Of a DNA stretch of 35,938 nt, positions 32,061-35,938 are shown piece after piece. This stretch comes from a virus. The notes under the pieces are model-generated. The model did no database searches. It had not been told where the DNA came from and was given only the letters and a program-made list of their open reading frames with translations. The stretch lies in IMG/VR virus record IMGVR_UViG_3300045988_106014; one strand, 5' to 3'. The position numbers and the translations under genes were made by a program. Within the stretch, counting starts at the first letter, position 1. Every line of letters starts with the position of its first letter.

Positions 32061-35000
32061 TCACCCCTTTATTTTGGAAATCAGATCGCGGGTTGCAACA
32101 CGGGTCGCCCGTGCCGTCTCTGCGGGGGATACCGGGTCGGGGCTTGTCACATTGATGGTCTGGTTGTAGTTGATGGTTTTCGTGGTGGGCACGGGGGCCG
32201 CGCCTGCGCCTGCAAGCTGCGGGCCGTTTACCATGATCGCCATTCCTGCGGTGATGCCGTCAAGGGTCTTTTGCAAGTACGGCATGGCGCTGCGCATTGC
32301 ATCAGCGTAACCGTGGATGAAGTCCACAGGCCACTTTTCGTAATCGCGCAGCGGCCCTTCATCGGGACGGGAAAAATGCAGCAGACTGCGGATGTCATCG
32401 GCAAGGCCGCGCACATTGTCCACAACAGCGCTTGCCGCATTGGCGATGCCCTTTGCAAATCCGTTGATGAAATCCCTGCCCCATCCAAGCGCCTTTTCGG
32501 GCAGTTCCTTGATGAAGTCCACAGCCTTGTTGATGCAGCCTGTAGCAGCACTGTAGACTGTGCCGGCCATGCCCTTAATTGCATCGGCCATGCGCTGGAA
32601 CATCGTTCGGCCCAGCGTTGCCAACGTGGACGGCAGAGCGCGGAAGAAATCAAGAATGCCGTTCCAGATGTTCTGTACGGTGGTGCTGATTGTCTGGCAC
32701 AGGCTGGAAACGGTGGCAAGGAATCCATTCCACGCGGTGGTGACAGCGTTGCCGATGGCGGTCATGGTGGACGACAAGAACGTCTTGATTGCGTTCCAAA
32801 TTGCCTGTACGGCGGTGCTGATCGCATTGCACACGGTGCTGATAATCGTCAGCAGGCCGTTCCATTCTGCCTGTAAAAAGCTGACAATGGCCGACATGAC
32901 ACCGCTGATAAATGTCTGGATGCCGTTCCAGATACCGGAAATTGCTTCCGACAGTGCGGACAGGATGTTGGAAATATCACTTTTCAGCGCGTCAAAATCG
33001 CCGGTGACTAAATCGCAGATGATAAGGACAACGCCCAGCACAGCGGTCTTGATGGCGTCCCAGATGCTTGTAAAAATCTGCTGGATGCCCTCAAAAGCCG
33101 TTGTCACACCGTCGCTGACGATGTCCCACGCATTTTGAAGCGTTGTTGCAATGACGGTGACGACGGTTTCAACAATGGCTTTGATGCCGTCCCAAGCCGT
33201 GGTAAAGATTGTCTGTATTGTTGTCAAGGCAGTCTGCACGGCGGTGGTGATTCCCGTCCATGCGGCCTGCAATGTGCTGGCGATGGCAGATACGACGGTG
33301 GAAACAACGGTCTGAATCGCATTCCATGCAGTAGAAAACGCCGTTTGCAAAACAGTAAACAAATTCTGCACGGTGGTGATCGCGGTAGAAACAGCGGATT
33401 TTATAGCTTCCCACAACCCAATCCAGAAATTGCGGAACGCTTCGGATTTGTTCCAGAGGGTGACAAACCCGGCAACCAGTGCCACAATGCCCGCCACGAC
33501 CAGTACAAACGGGTGTTTGGCCAACAGGCCAAACAGCCCCGAAACAGCGCCCTTGACCTTGGCAACGGCGGAAACAATTTCGGGTGCGGCTTTCAGCGCG
33601 CCGCCGATGCTGGATGTCAGATTGCCAATAAATATCAGTACAGGCCCCAGCGCGGCAATTAGGCCGCCCACGGTCAGGATGATTTGCTGTGTGGATTCAT
33701 CCATACCGCTGAATTTGTCCACGACACCCGTCACGCCTTTGATGATTTGCGTGATGCTTGGCAGCAGCTTGTCCATCAAGTCGATCAGGGCGTTTTTGGC
33801 TTCGTTCAGCGCTTTGGCAAATTTCTGGTTGGTGGTGTCGGTGACTTTCTGGAACGCTTCATCTGTTGCCTTGCCGCAATCCTGCATCTGGGTCAGAATT
33901 TCGTTGTAGTCCGCACCGTCGTTACGGGCAAGCACCATTGCGGCAGAACCGGCTTCGACACTGCCGAACATGTCTTTCAGGGTCTTGCCGTCTGCTTCGG
34001 CGGCATCGGACAGCATGTTCAGGATGTCGGATGTGGAATCGCCCTCGGCTTTCAGATCGGCAAAGCCTTTGCCCGTCAGTTCGCGCAGGGTGGTGTCGGT
34101 GATGCTGCCGGACTTTGTAAGTTCGTTCAGCATGGATTTTAAGTAAGTGCCGGATTCTGCGGTGGCAATGCCGTTCTTGGTAAGCAGGGCGTAGGCAGAC
34201 GAAAGTTCGGTCATGTCGTAGTTGGCCGCAGCGGCCACGGGAATGACCTTGCCCATGCTGGACGCAAGTTCGTCAACGGTGGTTTTGCCCAAATTCTGCG
34301 TGGTAATCAGCAAATCGCTGATCTTGGTTGCATCCTCTGCTTTCAGCTGATAGCCATTGATGGCTGTTGTCATAACATCAACGGCTTTTGCGGCATCGGT
34401 AAAGCCGCCCTTTGCCAATTTGACCGCCGATGTGGTGAAATCAATAGCATCGGCAGCGCCCACACCGGCAGAAATAGCGCTGTACACAGCTTCGGAAAAA
34501 TCGTTGACGGAAACGCCCGTTTCATTGCTGGCGGTCATGATGTCGGCCTTGTACGCTTCAAAGTCGGCAGACGATGCGTCCAACAGGGTGCTGACCTTGG
34601 CGAAAGCATCTTCAAAGTCTGCGGCCAGCTTCAAGCCCACACCGCCAACACCTGCCACGGCGGCAGAGACAGGGGCAACGGCCTTGCCGACGGCAGATAT
34701 ACCGTCGCCCACTTTCTGCATCTTATCGCCCACAGCAGCCAGTTTTTGGGCGGCTGTGTTCGATTTATTGTAAGTGTCGGTCAGATCATCAATGCGTTGC
34801 TTTGTCTGTTCGATTTCGGCGCACAACTTGCGGTATTCCGCTTGTTCTTCTTCCGTGCCGTTCTGCATCGTCTTACTGCACTGTTCTTTTGCTTGGGTAA
34901 GTGCTGCAAGTTTGTCTTTGCTTGCGGCAATTTCCTTTGTCAAAAGTTCCTGCTTTTGGGTAAGCAGAACGGTATTGCTGGGGTCGAGTTTCAGTAGGCG

Positions 35001-35126
35001 GTTCAACTTGCCGATTTCGGTAGCCGAACTGTTTACTTTCCTGTTCAGTTCATCCAGCGCCGTGTTGAAATTTTTGGTATCGCCGCCAATCTCTACGGTG
35101 ATACCTTTAATGTTATAGGCAGGCAA
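32061..35126 (-). CDS. tail tape measure protein
   Basis: 1021 aa; TTG start with GGAAAGGGGG upstream; TP901-type core; hydrophobic central segment; Trp-periodic repeats; LHFSRPDEGPLRDYEKW near the C-terminus. Confidence 0.9.
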   Translation of the reverse strand: MPAYNIKGITVEIGGDTKNFNTALDELNRKVNSSATEIGKLNRLLKLDPSNTVLLTQKQELLTKEIAASKDKLAALTQAKEQCSKTMQNGTEEEQAEYRKLCAEIEQTKQRIDDLTDTYNKSNTAAQKLAAVGDKMQKVGDGISAVGKAVAPVSAAVAGVGGVGLKLAADFEDAFAKVSTLLDASSADFEAYKADIMTASNETGVSVNDFSEAVYSAISAGVGAADAIDFTTSAVKLAKGGFTDAAKAVDVMTTAINGYQLKAEDATKISDLLITTQNLGKTTVDELASSMGKVIPVAAAANYDMTELSSAYALLTKNGIATAESGTYLKSMLNELTKSGSITDTTLRELTGKGFADLKAEGDSTSDILNMLSDAAEADGKTLKDMFGSVEAGSAAMVLARNDGADYNEILTQMQDCGKATDEAFQKVTDTTNQKFAKALNEAKNALIDLMDKLLPSITQIIKGVTGVVDKFSGMDESTQQIILTVGGLIAALGPVLIFIGNLTSSIGGALKAAPEIVSAVAKVKGAVSGLFGLLAKHPFVLVVAGIVALVAGFVTLWNKSEAFRNFWIGLWEAIKSAVSTAITTVQNLFTVLQTAFSTAWNAIQTVVSTVVSAIASTLQAAWTGITTAVQTALTTIQTIFTTAWDGIKAIVETVVTVIATTLQNAWDIVSDGVTTAFEGIQQIFTSIWDAIKTAVLGVVLIICDLVTGDFDALKSDISNILSALSEAISGIWNGIQTFISGVMSAIVSFLQAEWNGLLTIISTVCNAISTAVQAIWNAIKTFLSSTMTAIGNAVTTAWNGFLATVSSLCQTISTTVQNIWNGILDFFRALPSTLATLGRTMFQRMADAIKGMAGTVYSAATGCINKAVDFIKELPEKALGWGRDFINGFAKGIANAASAVVDNVRGLADDIRSLLHFSRPDEGPLRDYEKWPVDFIHGYADAMRSAMPYLQKTLDGITAGMAIMVNGPQLAGAGAAPVPTTKTINYNQTINVTSPDPVSPAETARATRVATRDLISKIKG
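32649..33425 (-). repeat. about 10 tandem 22-aa Trp-anchored repeats within the tape measure (residues ~568-826)
   Basis: WNAIQ, WTGIT, WDGIK, WDIVS, WDAIK ... WNGIQ, WNGLL, WNAIK, WNGFL, WNGIL, each 22 residues apart. Confidence 0.8.
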
Positions 35127-35161
35127 ACGTCGCCGCCCCCTTTCCGTAGCGGCTCCATTTA

Positions 35162-35190
35162 GCCCTTAGTGCAGACCATTTACTGCACCG
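35162..35190. repeat. 29-bp perfect repeat, copy 2 (identical to 8518..8546)
   Basis: GCCCTTAGTGCAGACCATTTACTGCACCG, 36 nt upstream (minus sense) of the tape measure start. Confidence 0.9.
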
Positions 35191-35196
35191 TTAATA

Positions 35197-35225
35197 TTGC
35201 CCCTGCAAATAATGTGTGCTATCCT
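35197..35225 (+). promoter_or_regulatory. promoter of the plus-strand moron (TTGCCC-17 nt-TGcTATCCT)
   Basis: TTGCCC 35197-35202, 17-nt spacer, TATCCT 35220-35225 with an upstream TG; AAAGGGGG SD before ATG 35249. Confidence 0.4.
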
Positions 35226-35248
35226 TGTAGGCAAAGGGGGCATTTGCC

Positions 35249-35554
35249 ATGACAAAACAGCAGTATAAAATTTTCACCGCCGTTCGGAAGTACAAGAAAC
35301 TGGGTAAGGTCTTGGAAGCAACAAAAGTAGGCGACTACATCAAACTGCAAGAAACCGTTGGTGCAGATATGCTTGACTTTTCCGATGCCAAATACGATGA
35401 TGGCACAGATGTGACGCTGTCTACGAAAGCAACAGATGAATACGAAAGTCGAAAAAAGGACAATATCGACAAAGCAGTTACAAATCTTATTGCTGGTTAT
35501 GGCGCTATAGTAGCAACTATTTCGTTGCTAATGTCACTATCAAGATTGTGTTGA
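35249..35554 (+). CDS. AT-rich moron: tail-anchored membrane protein (101 aa)
   Basis: Own promoter and SD; about 40% GC in the first 60 nt against mid-50s nearby; C-terminal TM AGYGAIVATISLLMSLS. Confidence 0.6.
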   Translation: MTKQQYKIFTAVRKYKKLGKVLEATKVGDYIKLQETVGADMLDFSDAKYDDGTDVTLSTKATDEYESRKKDNIDKAVTNLIAGYGAIVATISLLMSLSRLC

Positions 35555-35639
35555 TAACTGCGGTATACACAGAAAGCCAAAAGCCGGGAATGTCGGACAG
35601 TCTCCGAAGAAGCTGCACGGCGCTCTTGAAGCGTTTCAT
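35517..35639 (-). CDS. possible 40-aa hydrophobic peptide, convergently overlapping the moron 3' end
   Basis: ATG 35639 with GAGGTG 6 nt upstream, 10 nt after the gpT stop: MKRFKSAVQLLRRLSDIPGFWLSVYTAVINTILIVTLATK. Not in the ORF track. Confidence 0.3.
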   Translation of the reverse strand: MKRFKSAVQLLRRLSDIPGFWLSVYTAVINTILIVTLATK

Positions 35640-35649
35640 AATCTTCACC

Positions 35650-35938
35650 TCACCCAAAGAATTTGTCGATGTCTGCCTGCGTCGCTTTCAGCGGCCACTT
35701 GTAGTCATCGTTTTCCCGTTCAATCGCCATGTCGTTTACCATGCCGACGGTCAGCAGATCAAGATCGCGCAGAGCAATGCCCATCTGCACGCAGCGCAGT
35801 AAAAACAGCGGCGTTGTCATTTCGCGGGTAGTTACCCTTGTTTTTTTTTCGGCTTTGCCGTCGTCAGCGTGTTCAGATTCCACAGCGTAAGGATTTCGGG
35901 CAGAACTTGATAGATGCTGAACACCTCGAAGGAATCCA
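35650..35938 (-). CDS. 3' end of gpG (stop 35832..35834) plus the -1-frame gpT extension (stop 35650..35652), giving the G-T fusion chaperone
   Basis: G frame ...ACG GCA AAG CCG AAA AAA AAA CAA GGG TAA. The -1 frame continues ...KKTRVTTREMTTPLFLLRCVQMG...DIDKFFG. Confidence 0.7.
   Translation of the reverse strand, partial: GFLRGVQHLSSSARNPYAVESEHADDGKAEKKTRVTTREMTTPLFLLRCVQMGIALRDLDLLTVGMVNDMAIERENDDYKWPLKATQADIDKFFG
35840..35938. repeat. 99-bp terminal direct repeat (identical to 1..99)
   Basis: See 1..99. Confidence 0.95.
35841..35849 (-). promoter_or_regulatory. -1 programmed ribosomal frameshift slippery run (A AAA AAA within A9; duplicate copy at 2..10)
   Basis: A9 lies 2 codons before the gpG stop. 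The overlapping ORF is in the -1 frame, as in the conserved G/GT arrangement of long-tailed phages. Confidence 0.65.

Noticed and set aside
1-35938. CRISPR arrays, rRNA genes, canonical tRNA genes, and integrase/excisionase genes
   Set aside because: No spaced direct-repeat arrays and no recombinase-like ORFs were recognised by eye in any frame. Their absence should be confirmed with proper tools.

Overview
This window is a complete, circularly closed tailed-phage genome. The first 99 nt recur exactly at the end (1..99 = 35840..35938), so the unique length is 35,839 bp. It looks like a siphovirus with an HK97-type head and a TP901/SPP1-type tail. The host is probably a GC-rich Firmicute/Clostridia, but that is inferred only from the gene families present. 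Almost all genes are on the minus strand and form one leftward array. A control region (~21.45-21.85 kb) holds a divergent ribbon-helix-helix gene and three ATGCGCAT-centred operators. Early genes run from 21.4 down to 9.4 kb: an IS30-family transposase, a standalone IS30-like HTH, a DUF4373-type replication organiser, VRR-NUC, a PAPS-reductase-like protein, ParA, a ParB-like protein, many small Cys-rich proteins, an HNH, an ASCH protein and a candidate late regulator. Packaging and head genes run from 9.1 down to 2.2 kb: HNH, TerS, TerL, portal, ClpP-type protease, HK97-type capsid and connectors. Tail genes run from 1.3 kb across the circular junction to 27.6 kb: major tail, a G/G-T chaperone with an A9 -1 slippery run, a 1021-aa tape measure, Dit, a Gp37-like protein and fibres. 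They are followed by a diversity-generating retroelement, XkdW/XkdX-like genes, a GH25 endolysin and holins, ending at a bidirectional terminator (22053..22092). Only three plus-strand islands exist: a Zn-ribbon/DEDDh exonuclease split at a C9 tract (1368..2233), the RHH gene (21848..22048) and an AT-rich membrane-protein moron (35249..35554). The main findings follow. (1) The DGR is clear-cut: TR 25677..25819 and VR 25940..26082 differ at 12 sites, all TR adenines on the coding strand, but it has no Avd gene and an atypical RT motif 4. (2) Two paralogous tRNA-like structured elements with a perfect TTCGATT T-arm lie in the two largest intergenic gaps and show compensatory stem changes. (3) A 29-bp perfect repeat with a hairpin lies upstream of both terS and the tape measure gene. 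(4) The 10-mer ATCCGCCGGG recurs six times around the parB-like gene. (5) A candidate antisense sRNA and a long-range inverted repeat sit in the control region. No integrase was recognised, so a phage-plasmid lifestyle (ParA/ParB) or use of the IS30-type DDE enzyme are open possibilities. All family assignments rest on motif recognition by eye; no database search was run.
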